Part shown: in pieces, positions 24,843 to 47,800 of the stretch
Layout of the letters: each line of letters begins with the position of its first letter
Numbering within the stretch: the first letter of the stretch is position 1
NCBI GenBank assembly: GCA_030390025.1
Contig: CM059433.1
Span: forward strand, 6,572,001-6,636,000
Length of the DNA stretch: 64,000 nucleotides
DNA from: Squalus acanthias
Lineage: Eukaryota
Reading direction: 5' to 3'
Translations under genes and position numbers: made by a program
Notes under the pieces: model-generated
What the model saw: only the letters and a program-made list of their open reading frames with translations
Told to the model about the DNA's origin: nothing
The model's database searches: none

Positions 24843-25419
24843 ATGTGTTGTCTTTGCATCTGTCAAAAAACTTTGTTTTTCCTATTAGGGAGTGAGTAAT
24901 TCTGGGTATAGACACATCTAAGGACCAGACAGTCAGTGATGGCTATTACCCAGCAGTAACAGCTGTAAGTTATGAACCAGATCTCTGTTTGATATAAACT
25001 GTCAGACAGACAGCGCGCCTCCGCACTGATCTCAACTTTTAAATCTGATTTTAATTTCTCTGAGATATGACTATGAATGTTTGGGAACATCTGTACGACA
25101 TTTCTTATAACATACTTGTTTTTTGCTTGTCTCCAATAAACAATTCCGTCACACCATACATATTTTCATGCTTCTATTACCAGCTCCATCTCCCACCCAA
25201 TAGTTCACCTACCCAAGGGGTGGCATAGTAGGCGGGAGACAGAACGGGTGACACGTGGCAAGGATTTAAGCGGCAGGTCCAGTTGCCAGTTTATACCGAA
25301 AAGCCCCTAAATTGGCACCATTGTGATTTGTCTCGGGACCAGGGCCAATTCTGAACAATAAATTAGACAACTGATTCATTCCTTCATCGTCGCTGGGTCA
25401 AAATCCTGGAACTCCCTAC

Positions 25420-25543
25420 CAATGTTCCTTTTCATTTTTTTTTTTGGCTGCCCAGCCCATTCAAAATACCGTGCATGCGCGGTTTTCCCTATTTAAGAGC
25501 CGGTGAGCCGGCCGCGCGGCCGTTCAGCTTAAAGGGAACATTG
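25420..25543. mobile_element. 124-bp hAT-type MITE
   Basis: TIR CAATGTTCC(T/C)TTT; 8-bp TSD CTCCCTAC/CTCCCTCC within a LINE fragment. Confidence 0.75.
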
Positions 25544-26149
25544 CTCCCTCCCTAAGAGCACCTCAGAAGTACCCTCACCACACGGACTGCAGCGGTTCAA
25601 GAAGGGTCACTAACCGGGGGCATAGATTTAAAGTAATCAGTCGGCGGTTTAGAGGGGATTTGAGGAGAAAAATGTTTTCACCCAGAAGGGGTGGTAGAGG
25701 CAGAGACCCTCATCACATTTAAAAAGTACTTGGATATGCACTTGAAGTGCCGTAACCTACAGGGCTACGGACCAAGAGCTGGAAAGTGGGATTAGGCTGG
25801 AGAGCTCTTTGTCGACCGGCGCGGACACGATGGGCCGAAATGGCCTCCTTCCGTGCTGTAAATTTCTATGATTCAATGATGATTCTGTGTCCCTAGACAT
25901 TCACTCTCTCATCTCCCTCTCTCCCCTTTCAATTTTCTCCCTTCCTTTCATTTGTGCTGAAGTAAAAAAGAAATGATTGATTTATATAACACCTTACATG
26001 ACCTCAGGACGTCCAAAAGCGACTCCCAGCCAATGAAGTATTTTTGAAGTGTAGATACTGTTGATAGGAAATATGGCAGCCAATTTGCACTATGCAAGAT
26101 CCCTCAAAAAACTACGAGGTAAATGACCAGGCCATCTATTCCTTCGTGA

Positions 26150-26400
26150 AACGAAAACAGAAGATGCTGGAAAAACTCAGCAGGTCAGGCAGCTTCTGTG
26201 CAGAGAAACAGAGATTCAGAGTAATAATAACAACAGAAAGTGCTGGAAACACTCAGCAGGTCAGGCAGCATCGAGGAGAGAGAAACAGAGTCAACGCTTC
26301 GGGTCGAACCCTTCGTCAGAATGTTTCAGATTGATGGTCATTTATCAGAACTGGAAGATGTTAGAGATGAACGGCTGTTAAGCAGAGCAGAGCAGAGCCA
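26150..26400 (-). mobile_element. Tandem partial copies of the hammerhead-associated repeat
   Basis: Two GCTGGAAA..CTCAGCAGGTCAGGCAGC units; CUGACGA-AGGGUUCGACCC-GAAGCGUU variant core. Confidence 0.65.
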
Positions 26401-27126
26401 AGGGAAAGAACAAAAGGGTATAGGGTGGAGGGCAGGAGTGATTAAATGACAAAAGTGGTGCAAGGCAAAAGGGGGTGATCGTGGGGCAAAAGATGGCTCC
26501 AGAGGAGGTGTAAATGGTTACAGCAGAATAGCAGAGGGGGAGGGAAGCGTGGAAAATCTGACTAAGTGCAGCACTTGAGGGATAAATTTTGGCCATGCCA
26601 CTGGCAGAACTCTCCATTCTTTCCTTCGAATAGTGCCAGGAGATCTTTTACATCCACCAGAGAGTAAACAGTTCAATCTCATCCAAAAGACAGCATCTTC
26701 GATAGTACAGCACTCCCTCAGTGCTGCACTCAACTGTCAGCCGAGATTACGTGGCAACAGCCTTCTAGTGTGTCACCCAAGTGGCTATTCTTCATGTAAG
26801 TGGCTAGACTACACTGTCAAACAGCTATTTAACGACACAAGCAATCACACCCAAGCCCAATCCTCCTCTCACATAAAGCCCACAAATGTCCAGTTCCCAG
26901 CAGGAGTCCTTGTTTGGCCCAGTGATACCAAGATCAATTGTTGCTCCCACCAGTCCTGGTGCTGACTGAGAATAGCTAACGCAACACAGACCAAGGATTG
27001 AGCTTGGGACATTCCTGCTCTATATAGCTGTTCACCTCATCATATAATATATTTACTCACTAGGTCATTGAAGGAGTATCAGTAGTTCCTTTAAGGTGCC
27101 CTAAATGTAGCACTTGTTCATCCTAT

Positions 27127-30100
27127 TAAGAACATAAGAAATAGGAGCAGGAGTGGGCCATTCGGCCCCTCGAGGCTGCTCTGCCATTCAATAAGATGGC
27201 TGATCTTCTACCTCATCTCCACTTTCCTGCACTATCCCCATACCCCTTGATTCCCTTAATATCCAAAAATCTATCGATCTCTGTCTTGAATATACTCAAC
27301 GACTTAACCTCCACAGCCCTCTGGGGTAGAGAATTCCAAAGATTCACCACCATCTGAGTGAAGAAATTTCTCCTCATCTCAGTCCTAAATGGCCGACCCC
27401 TTATTATGAGACTGTGACCCCTGGTTCTAGACTCCCCAGCCAGGGGAAACATCCTCCCTGCATCTACCCTGTCAAGCCCCGTAAGAATTTTGTATGTTTC
27501 AATGAGATCACCTCTCATTCTTCTAAACGCTAGGGAATATAGGCCTAGTCTACTCAATCTCTCCTCATAGGACAATCCCCCCATCCCAGGAACCAGCCTG
27601 GTGAACCTTTGTTGCACTCCCTCTATGGCAAGTATATCCTTCCTTAGGTAAGGAGACCAAAACTGTACACAATACTCCAGGTGTGGTCTCACCAGGGCCC
27701 TATATAATTGCAGTAAGACGTCTTTACTCTTATACTCAAATCCTCTTGTACTAAAGGCCAACATACCATTTGCTTTCTTAATTGCTTGCTGTACCTGCAT
27801 GTTAACTTTCAGTGATTCGTGTACAAGGACACCCAGGTCCCTCTGAATACCAACATTTTCCAATCTTTCACCAGTTAAAAAATACTCTGCTTTTCTATGT
27901 TTCCTACCAAAGTGGATAACTTCACATTTCTCCATATTATATTCCATTTGCCATGTTCTTGCCCACTCACTTAGCCTATCTATATGCCCTTGAAGCCTCT
28001 TTGCAACCTCCTCACAACTTACATTCCCACCTAGCTTTGTATCATCAACAAACTTAGATATATTACATTTGGTCCCCTCATCCAAATCATTGATATAGAT
28101 TGTGAATAGCTGAGGCCCAAGCACAGATCCTTGTGGTACCCCACGAGTTACAGCCTGCCAACCTGAAAATGACCCATTTATTCCTACTCTGTTTTCTGTC
28201 CATTAACCAATCCTCAATCCATGCTAGTATATTACCTCCAATCCCATGAGCCCTAATTTTGTTTAATAACCTCTTGTGTGGCACCTTATCGAATGCCTTC
28301 TGAAAATCCAAATACACCCCATCCACTGGTTCCCCCTTATCAATTCTGCTAGTTACAACCTCAAAAAACTCTAACAGATTCGTCAAACATGATTTCCCTT
28401 TCATAAATCCGTGTTGACTCTGCCCATTCCTATTATTATTTTCTAAGTGTCCTGTTACCGCGTCCTTAATAATAGATTCTAGCATTTTCCCTACTACTGA
28501 TGTCAGGCTAACTGGTCTGTAGTTCCCCATTTTCTCTCTCACTCCTTTCTTAAATAGTGGGGTTACATTTGCTACCTTCCAATCCGCGGGAACCATTCTA
28601 GAATCAATGGAATTTTGGAAGATGACAACCAATGCATCCACTATCTCTATAGCCACCTCTTTCAAAACCCTAGGATGTAGGCCATCAGGTCCAGGGGATT
28701 TATCGGCTTTCAGTCCCATTAATTTCTCCAGTATTATTTTTTTACTAATCCTAATTTCTTTCAGTTCCTCATTCTCACTGGAGCCTTGGTTCTCCACTAT
28801 TTCCGGGAAGTTTTTTGTGTCTTCTTCCGTGAAGACAGAAACTAAGGCCGCGATTTTATCGGCACTGAGAGGGCGGGTTTGGAGGTGGGTTAAAGGTTAA
28901 AATCGTTTTGATTGACGGCGGGGTCCAATCCCGCCATCAACCCGCCTCCAAACAATTTTTCCAAGTGTTGGGTCCCCGATTTGCGCATGGACCCAACACC
29001 TAGCGGCGGGAAGAGGATTAAAGTCACTTACCTGCCTGTTAACAGGTACTTGATAGTAGTTAACAGGTTCTTTTTCAATTTTGCCGCTTCTGCCTCCGGC
29101 TTCCCGATGTCCGGACACCACGCCAGGTAAGTGTGGCGTGTTGTGAGTCTGGTGTAATGTTACTGCATTGATGACAGCTGCAGAAGTGATGTGAAGGATC
29201 CAATGGTGCACTGGTGAGTCTCAGAGGTAAGAAAATGTTGGGAAAATCATTTTTAATGCATTTACACATTTCTTTAGGTAACAAGTTTTGAAAACGATGT
29301 CTAGTGCCACCTCATTGGGAGAACCTCTCTCACCAGTGACAGATTGCTCCTGTCACCTCACCTGCAGCTGCCATCTGTTCCAGCCGATGGAGGGAGTCAC
29401 TGGAGAGCCTGGGTGCAAGAGCTCACCTTTGTACAGTGATTGTCAGTGTTTGCAGCACCTCAATGCTGTCAAACACTGAGAAATCAGCTGTCAAAAAAAA
29501 ATTGTTCATGGTCCCTTTAAGAAAACCGGCAGATGACGCGTCATCAAATTACATCATCTGACCGGCTTCCTCTTAATTGGCTGGCAAGCCCGCAGTGTGG
29601 GCTTAACAAGGTCAATCAACGTAAAATGATGTCTGTGGGCCGGATGCAGTTGGGGGCGGGACTGGAAGCCGGAAACCATCTGACCCGCACCCAACCCGCC
29701 TCCAATGAAAAAATCGCAGCCAAAGTATTTGTTTAATTTCTCTGCCATTTCCTTATTCCCCATTATAATTTTTCCTGTCTCAGCACATTTACTTTTGTTA
29801 ATCTTTTCCTTTTTACATACCTATAGAAGCTTTTACAGTCTGTTCTTATGTCTCTTGTTAGTTTACTCTCATATCCTATTTTCCCTTTCTTTATCAATTT
29901 CTTGGTCCTCCTTTGCTGAATTCTAAAATCCTCCCAATCCTCAGGCTTACTGCTCTTTTTGGCAACATTATAAGCCTCTTCCTTTGATCTAATACTATCT
30001 TTAACTTTTCTTGTTAGCCACAGTTGGACCACTTTTCCTGTGGGGTTTTTGTGCCTTAAAGGAATGTATATTTGTCGTAAATTATGTATTAATTCTTTAA

Positions 30101-32550
30101 ATGCTAGCCATTGCTTGCCTACCGTCATACCTTTTAATGTAGTTTCCCAATCTACCTTAGCCAACTCGCCCCTCATACCTACGTAGTTTGCTTTGTTTAG
30201 ATTTAAGACCCTAGTTTCAGATTTAACTAAATCACTTTCAAACTCAATATAAAATTCTATCATATTATGGTCACTCTTCCCTAAGGGCCCCTTTACTACA
30301 AGGTTATTAATTAACCCTTTCTCATTGCACAATACTAGATCTAAAATAGCCTGTTCCCTAGTTGGATCCTCAACATACTGATCAAGAAAACTATCTTGTA
30401 TACATTCCATGAATTTGTCGGCCACGCTATTACTGCAAATTTGGTTTGCCCAGTCTATATGTAGATTAAAGTCCCCCATGATTACTGTATTACCCTTGTT
30501 AAATGCGCCTCTAATTTCCTGATTTATACTCTGCCCTACATTACAACTACTGTTTGGGGGCCTATAAACAACTCCCACCACTGTTTCTGCCCCTTGCTGT
30601 TTCTTAGCTCCACCCAAACTGATTCTACTTCTTGATTTTCGGAGCTAAGATCCTTTCTCTCTTCTGTCTTTATCCCATCCTTTATTATCAGGGCTACCCC
30701 TCCCCCTTTTCCATTTTGCCTATCTCTTCTAAAAGTTAAGTATTCTGGAATATTTAGTTCCCAACCTTGGTCACTTTGCAACCACATCTCCGTAATGGCT
30801 ATTAGATCAAACCTATTAATTTCTATCTGAGCTATTAATTCATCTATTTTGTTGCGAATGCTTCGCGCATTCAAATATAGTGCCTTTAGCTTTGATTTTT
30901 TTTCTATTTTTCCCTGATGTCACCTTAGTCACTGATGCCCTATTACCTTTGTTACTCACACTGTCCCTTTCTGACCCACTCTGTTTATTTTTACCCAAAA
31001 CTCTGCTCTGCTCCATAGCCTTGACATTTCTCCTGCTGCTTTTAAATTTACTCTTTCCTGAATCCTCCCCACCGCCCCCCCCCCCCCCTTCATTAGTTTA
31101 AAGCCCTGTCTACTGCCCTAGTTATTCGATTCGCCAGGACACTGGTCCCAACCTGGTTTAAGTGGAGCCCGTCCCAATGGAACAGCTCCTTCTTGCCCCA
31201 ATACTGATGCCAGTGCCCCATGAAGTAAAACCCCTGCCTCCCACACCACTCTGAGTCACGCATTTAACCTTCTAATCGGTTTGTCCCTATGCCAATTGGT
31301 GCGTGGCTCAGGTAACAATCCAGAGATTATTACCTTTGAGGTTCTGCTTTTTAATTTGGACCCCAACTCCTCAAACTTTCTCAACACAACCTCATTCCTA
31401 GTTTTACCTATGTCATTGGTTCCTACGTGGACCACGACAACTGGATCCTCCCCTTCCCACTCCAAGTTCTTCTCCAGCCGTGAGGAGGTGTCGGAACTCC
31501 CGGTCGCGGCTGCAGAGAACAGTATCTATCCCTCTGACTATACTGTCCCCTACCACAACTACATTCCCTTTCACTCCCCCCACTTGAATGGCCTCCTGTG
31601 CCATGGTGCCATGGTCAGCCTGCTCATCCATCCTGCAGGCTTTTCCCTCATCCACACAGCAGCAAGAACCTCATACCTGTTGGATAAGGACAAATGCCTA
31701 GGCTCCTCCAGCACTTCACCTGGGGTCCCCTTACCTGCCTGAGTTGCAGTCACACCCTTCTGTCCCTGACCACTAACCAGACCTGTACCACTACCTAACC
31801 TAAGGGGTGTGACTGCCTCCTGGATCAAAGTGTCCAGACACCTCTCCCCATCCCTGATGCCCTGCGATGTCTGCACCTCAGACTCCAGCTCAAAAACTCT
31901 GAGCTGAAGTTCCTAAAGATGCAGGCACTTACTGCAAACGTGGTTGTCCAGGATCACAATGCTCTCCACAAACTCCCACATGCTGCAGTTGCGGCACACC
32001 ACCTGCAGTGCCATCCCTATATGACCTTGTTCTATTTAATTAAATCTGTATTTAAGTAACTTAGTTTACAGTTTCGTTTCTAGACTACTTAATTGATCTA
32101 GATTAAGTTATGGGTAATGAAATTAAGTATCTACCTGTAACACAGCACTACAAGTAGTGTAGGTAAAAAGCATCAACTCCTTCCCCCTCTTCTCCGAATT
32201 CCCACTCTTTCCAAATTCCCAAATGAAACACTTTGTTTATGTGCACTCAGTTTAATTTCACACTGTGCAGACCACTCTGTGCTCTGCAGAACTGTTTACC
32301 TTTATAATCTAGGAGCCTCATCCAGTTTACAAGTGTTGACTCAGCTCCCCTGCTCCCTGTGATTAGCACCTATTCAAGACAAACACTTACAGCTGACTGA
32401 CATTTAACTGCTACTGGCTGTCAGCTTTTGTTAACTACAGTTTTTAAAGTTCTAGGTTAAAAATCAAAATCTTAAACTAAATTTCACTATTTACAGCTTC
32501 TACTTACCCAATACTTACCAGAAATTCCTACTCTTTCCAAATTCCCGAAT
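27127..32550 (-). mobile_element. Near full-length CR1 LINE (ORF1 with Cys motifs and SGNH esterase; ORF2 with endonuclease and RT), frameshifted, split by a MITE
   Basis: ORF1 ATG at 32014 gives MALQVVCRNC...HVCSKC, VVGDSIVRG and VHVGTND; ORF2 has NARSIRNK, MGDFN, SDHN, KSPGPDG, LDFQKAFD and FVDDTK; 3' tail at about 27127; the 5' limit is approximate. Confidence 0.9.
28846..29721. mobile_element. Harbinger-type MITE inserted in CR1 ORF2
   Basis: TIRs GGCCGCGATTTT / GGCTGCGATTTT; TAA/AAA flanks; CR1 sequence rejoins across it; interior resembles 11181-12038. Confidence 0.8.
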
Positions 32551-34384
32551 TGATGCCTGCACTATGGTGAAAATGAATAAATAAAAAATAAGTCTGTTAC
32601 AATTTTATACTTCAGCAAAAGAGGGAAAGCTGGGAGTGCCAATGGAGCGGAAGTTAGAGCTGACATTGGGAAGTTTGAGAGCCATACACGGGAGGAATGG
32701 GAATCAGCTACACAGGGAGGCACGATCTCAGGTGTAAATGAAATAGTCTGGACCTGTTGGGTCTGCTTTTCTTTGCTAGTGCTGCACAGGATCCAGTGCT
32801 AAATATGACTATGCCACTATGAATGAAGGTATTTAAACTCACAGATAAAATCGCTTCAATACCTTTGCAGATCACAAAAACAAAATAAAAAGCAGGTGAC
32901 CTTGTTTTTAAGTGAACTGCTCGTTGCTTTACATAACAAAATATAAATCCTTTAGCATTATTGAAATTCAAACACTGGTGTTCACTTCTGTATCTTGTTA
33001 GCAATGGGAACATTACGCACCATTAGCTCAGTTTTCATGCAATGAGCACCCTCTGCTGTAAGATGTGTGCATACTCAATGATTTGAAGATTATATGGACA
33101 GTAATTTGATTGAACCAACCAATAACTCCCTCACATCATTCCAAGCAGCAGCAGAACCGACCTCGGGATTAAATTAATGCTTTTAAACTCACCAACTTTT
33201 AGTCTTATATTATTGCCAATACGTATACAAACCCTAATTTTCCCATTGTCATGTGCAGATACCAAGTTGTGTGGGATGTTCTGTGTGAGTGAATGGATTT
33301 TGTGAGCGTACACACCAGGCGGGTTCTTGCTGGGTTAACGATGCGCGCGGTTATTAACGGGCAAATCGGCCAGCATGTTCAGGGGATGAAGAGATACGCC
33401 GCGAGTTGCAAATATCCGGAACTTGTTGGGTCGATTTACGCCACTGCACCGTTTGCTTTGCACAAACAGCGGGCTGGATCGTGCTGGTGCGTTAGTTAGT
33501 TAGACTTTTTTCTGCACCCTTCAGCTCAAAAATTTTTGCGCCGTAACTTGTACAAAGTGCAAGCTGCTAACAGCATGGCGAGGGCAATGGGGCATTCTGG
33601 GACCTCAGTGAACGGCAGGACCAACACTGTAACTCCTTAACCAATGAGAGTTAAGGATTAAGAAACAGGGGAATGACATTAGAGTCAAATCAGGTACTGA
33701 AAGAGAAATAAAGAGTGGGAAAGAAAGATTGGACTGAGAAAAAAAGAGACAGAAATGAGAAGTAAGAAAACGCTATAAAATTTGACAATTTAGCCCCTGA
33801 AGGAATGAGACTCCAGTTTAAATTGCTCCCTTTCTGGGCCAGAGAGGTTGATTGGTATTGCATCGACAATTATCACATTGTTAAAACGGTACTTATGCTG
33901 TTCAGTTCCAGCCCGAACTTTCTGCAGTGAGTTTAATGGGCAACTAATGTGCAAATCCAGCAAGTTCTTAAAAATAACGAGGAGCTAAGGGTGAGATGCC
34001 GTTTGTGCGAAGCAAATGGCGGAACGGCATAAATTGACCAGCAAGTTTTGGAGATTCGCAAATCACGGCATATCTCCTAATCCCCTGAATTTGCTCGATG
34101 AATTGCACGTTAATAACGGCCGTTATTTTTCCAGCAAGATCCGGCCCGGCATCTCTCCCTCAGCCTCCCCATTATTTTTAAGAGCTTGCTGGATTTGCAC
34201 ATTAATTGCCCGTTAAACTCGCCGCAGAAATTTAAGTCTGGTAATTAATAGCACAAGTACCTTTTTAACGATGTGATAATTGTTAATGCAATGCCTATCA
34301 ACCTCTGGCCCAGAATGGGAACAATTTAAAGTGTTCAGTATCAATTGTTGTTAGAGATTTTAAAAATGTCAATTTTTGTTTATT

Positions 34385-35700
34385 CGTTCCTGGAATGTGG
34401 GCGTCACTGGCAAGGCCAGCATTTATTGCCCATCCCTAATTGCCCTCGAGAAGGTGGTGATGAGCCATCTTCTTGAACCGCTGCAGTCCGTGTGGTGAAG
34501 GTGCTCCCACAGTGCTGTTAGGGAGGGAGTTCCAGGATTTTGACCCAGCGACAATGAAGGATCGGCCGATATATTTCCAAGTCAGGATGGTGTGTGACTC
34601 GGAGGGGAACTTGGAGGTGGTGGTGTTCCCATGCGCCTGCTGCCCTTGTCCTTCTAGTTGGTAGAGATCGCGGGTTTGGGAGGTGCTGTCAAAGAAGCCT
34701 TGGCGAGTTGCTACAGTGCAGACATGGTACACCGGTGGTGGAGGGAGTGAATGTTTAAGGTGGTGGATGGGGTGACAATCAAGCAGGCAAATTTCTCATG
34801 AATAGTGTCAAGCTTCTTGAGTGTTGTTGGAGCTGCACTCATCCAGGCAAGTGGAGAATATTCCATCACACTCCTGACTTGTGCCCTGTAGATGGTGGAA
34901 AGGCTTTGGGGTGTCAGGAGGTGAGATACTCACCACAGAATACCTAGCCTCTGACCAGCTCTTGTAGCCACAGTATTTATGTGGCTGGTCCAGTTAAGTT
35001 CCCGGTCAATAGTGACCCCCAGGATGTTGATGTTGGGGGATTTGGCGATGACAATGCCATTGAATGTCAAGGGGTGCTGGTTAGAAGCTCTCTTGTTGGA
35101 GATAGTGAGTGCCTGGCACTTGTGTGGCGAGAATGTTACTTGCCACTCATCAACCCAAGCCTGAACGTCGTCCTGGTCTTGCTGCATGCGGGCATAGACT
35201 GCTCCATTATCTGAGGAGTTGCGAATGGAACTGAACACTCTGCAGTCATCACCAAACATCCCCACTTCTGACCTGATGTAGGGAAGGTCATTGATAAAGC
35301 AGCTGAAGATGGTTGGGCCTCAGACACTGCCCTGAGGAACTCCTGTCCTGGGGCGGAGATGATTGGTCTCCAACAACCACCACCATCTTGTGCTAGGTTC
35401 GACTCCAGCCAGTGGAGAATTTTTCCCAATTCCCATTGACTTCAATTTTACTAGGGCTCCTTGATGCAACACTTGGTCAAATGCTGCCTTGATGTCAAGG
35501 GCAGTCACTCTCACCTCACCTCTGGAATTCAGCTCTTTTGTCCATATTTGGACCAAGGCTGTAATGAGGTCTGGAGCCGAGTGGCCCTGGCAGAACCCAA
35601 ACTGAGCATTGGCGAGCAGGTGCCATTTGATAGCACCTTCTATTACTGTTGATGATTGAGTAGATTGATGGGGCAGTAATTGGCCAGATTTGATTTGTCC
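34385..35700 (-). mobile_element. LINE RT fragment (second family)
   Basis: ALDIKAAFD, GVPQGSV, FGDD and LGVTID..LNWTSHI peptides. Confidence 0.85.
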
Positions 35701-36480
35701 TGCTTTGTGGTAAGTAACCTAGCCATTAGTTACTCTAGTGTAATTAACTTGGCACAAACCCAGCATTGAACCTCTGGATGGATCAACTATTCACTGAAGA
35801 ACACAATCATCCCCAATATACACCATGTTAGCAGCAGTATCCACAAGGTGGCAGCACTACACAATTTCCAGTTATAATTGGACTGCACAGCTATACAAGA
35901 TCATAAATAGTATAGGAAAAAGCCTAATTAATTAATCACAGGTGGTCAAGGGTAAAATGTAGTATTTGCTTGGTTTCTGCAATAACTTAAGGGGTAAACA
36001 GAAATTTTTTTTAAAGACTGGAACAATTAGTTTTAAAAGAGGTTAGTTAAACTAGTTAATTAAAATACACATTATGCATGCAATGTAACCATCATGCAGG
36101 TTTTATTTATCTACCAACTATAATTTGGCCAAGAACACAAAAGGTTAAATTATACCTTGGCGTTTTAGTGCATCGCATGAATACTGTTAATCAGGTCCCA
36201 TTATAAACATCTACTGCCAAGCTGCAGATATTACACTAAAGTCACCAAGTCTAGCTCAGTGAATGGGAATATATAAAAGAGTGCATCACCTCCACAAAAT
36301 AACCAATACCCACCTCAACTGCCACATGGTTCCTTCAAAGTAGTAAGTACCACCCTAGTGTGTCATCTCACTGACCCCCACTGTTCCCCATTCTACCTAC
36401 TAATGAACCTAACTAACCTCCTGTCCGGTGCTAAAAATTGGCTAGTGAAACAAACAAGGCACCAAGAGAAGTTTTTGAAT

Positions 36481-36486
36481 TTTATT
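36481..36486 (-). terminator. Likely RRM2 polyadenylation signal AATAAA
   Basis: First AATAAA I found after the stop (about 440 nt downstream), followed by a GT-rich TTGTTTGTTTC tract. Confidence 0.6.
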
Positions 36487-36924
36487 CAGGAAAGTGCATT
36501 TTGATTAAAATATTTACATTTTAAAAACAACTGCAAACAGCTACTAAACAAAAGAAAACACCTTGGCTGCTGAAGCCATTTCAGCCCCTTGGCAAAAATG
36601 CTCAGCAATACAATTGCACAACCAAATGTTTCTACAACATAAAAATGATATGCACCAATGTAGCTATGGCCGCTGTAAACTATGCAATTATACAATTACA
36701 TATTTGGAGGTAATGTGAACATCTCCCACTTCTGTTTTCGGAACCATTAAGACGATGTGCAATTCTCACTAATGCTGAAACGTCGATCACACAGGGCGGT
36801 GACCAAACCAGGTTCTCATCAATACAAATGAAAGTCAAGTCAGTGATCTGTGGGACTATTAGCACAAGTAGGCTTTTTCAATCCCATTTGCATCTCACAC
36901 ACACATGCAAGTCTCCAAGTCCTT

Positions 36925-47128
<10,204 letters not shown>

Positions 47129-47199
47129 GTTTGATAATCGTCAGAAAGGTTGGTGGATTTAAAATAAATATGTATGTGTGTATATATAATCAGATCAGC

Positions 47200-47800
47200 T
47201 ATCAAAAATAGATGTCCGACTGAGGGTTTAAACACTTTGACTAATTAGTGCAGTGCCGCGATAGTTTTTTTTTGTGGAACTGTCCGATCGCGGCTGAGGC
47301 AGTGGATATTGGCGCGCTGACTGCTGCGGTTATCCCGCTTTTAGTCAATGTCTGCTCGTTGCTCCGCCGTGTTACCCCACTCTTCTGCACTCTTGGCCCC
47401 TCTGTCGTGCTGCCCCACTCCTCTGCTAGTCGCCCCTTCTATACTCTGCTGTACTAGTTGCTCTGCTCCTCTGCCCTGCTCGTTGCCCCGCTGTACTCGG
47501 TGCTACTCTGCCGTGCTGCTCCGCTGTGCTCCCCCGCTGATCTCTCTCTCGCTCTCTCTCTCTCGGTGCCGGTCCCGCGCCCGCCGGTTGCCCCCTCAAA
47601 TCCTTTTCGGAATTTGGCGCGGAATCCACGCTCCCCAATCAGCGGCGGCGGAACCTCCCCCCGAGCGTGACGCAGCGGAGGAGCCGCCGGCCAATCAGCG
47701 TCCGGCCCACCTTCCGCGGGAATTTTGATTTGTCAACCAGGGTCCCGCCCGCCTGACCCTGCTGGGCACAGAACGAACCGGCTCGGCGGGAAAACCTGCC
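47200..47800 (-). promoter_or_regulatory. RRM2 CpG-island promoter with E2F, CCAAT, GC-box and TTTAAA elements
   Basis: CpG-dense. TTTGGCGCGGAA 47613-47624; CGCGGGAA 47715-47722; GGCGGGAAAA 47785-47794; CCAAT at 47635, 47691 and (minus strand) 47308-47312; TTTAAA 47227-47232. Confidence 0.75.

Noticed and set aside
47348-47728. ORFs in the promoter region
   Set aside because: GC-rich low-complexity open frames with no recognisable protein features.
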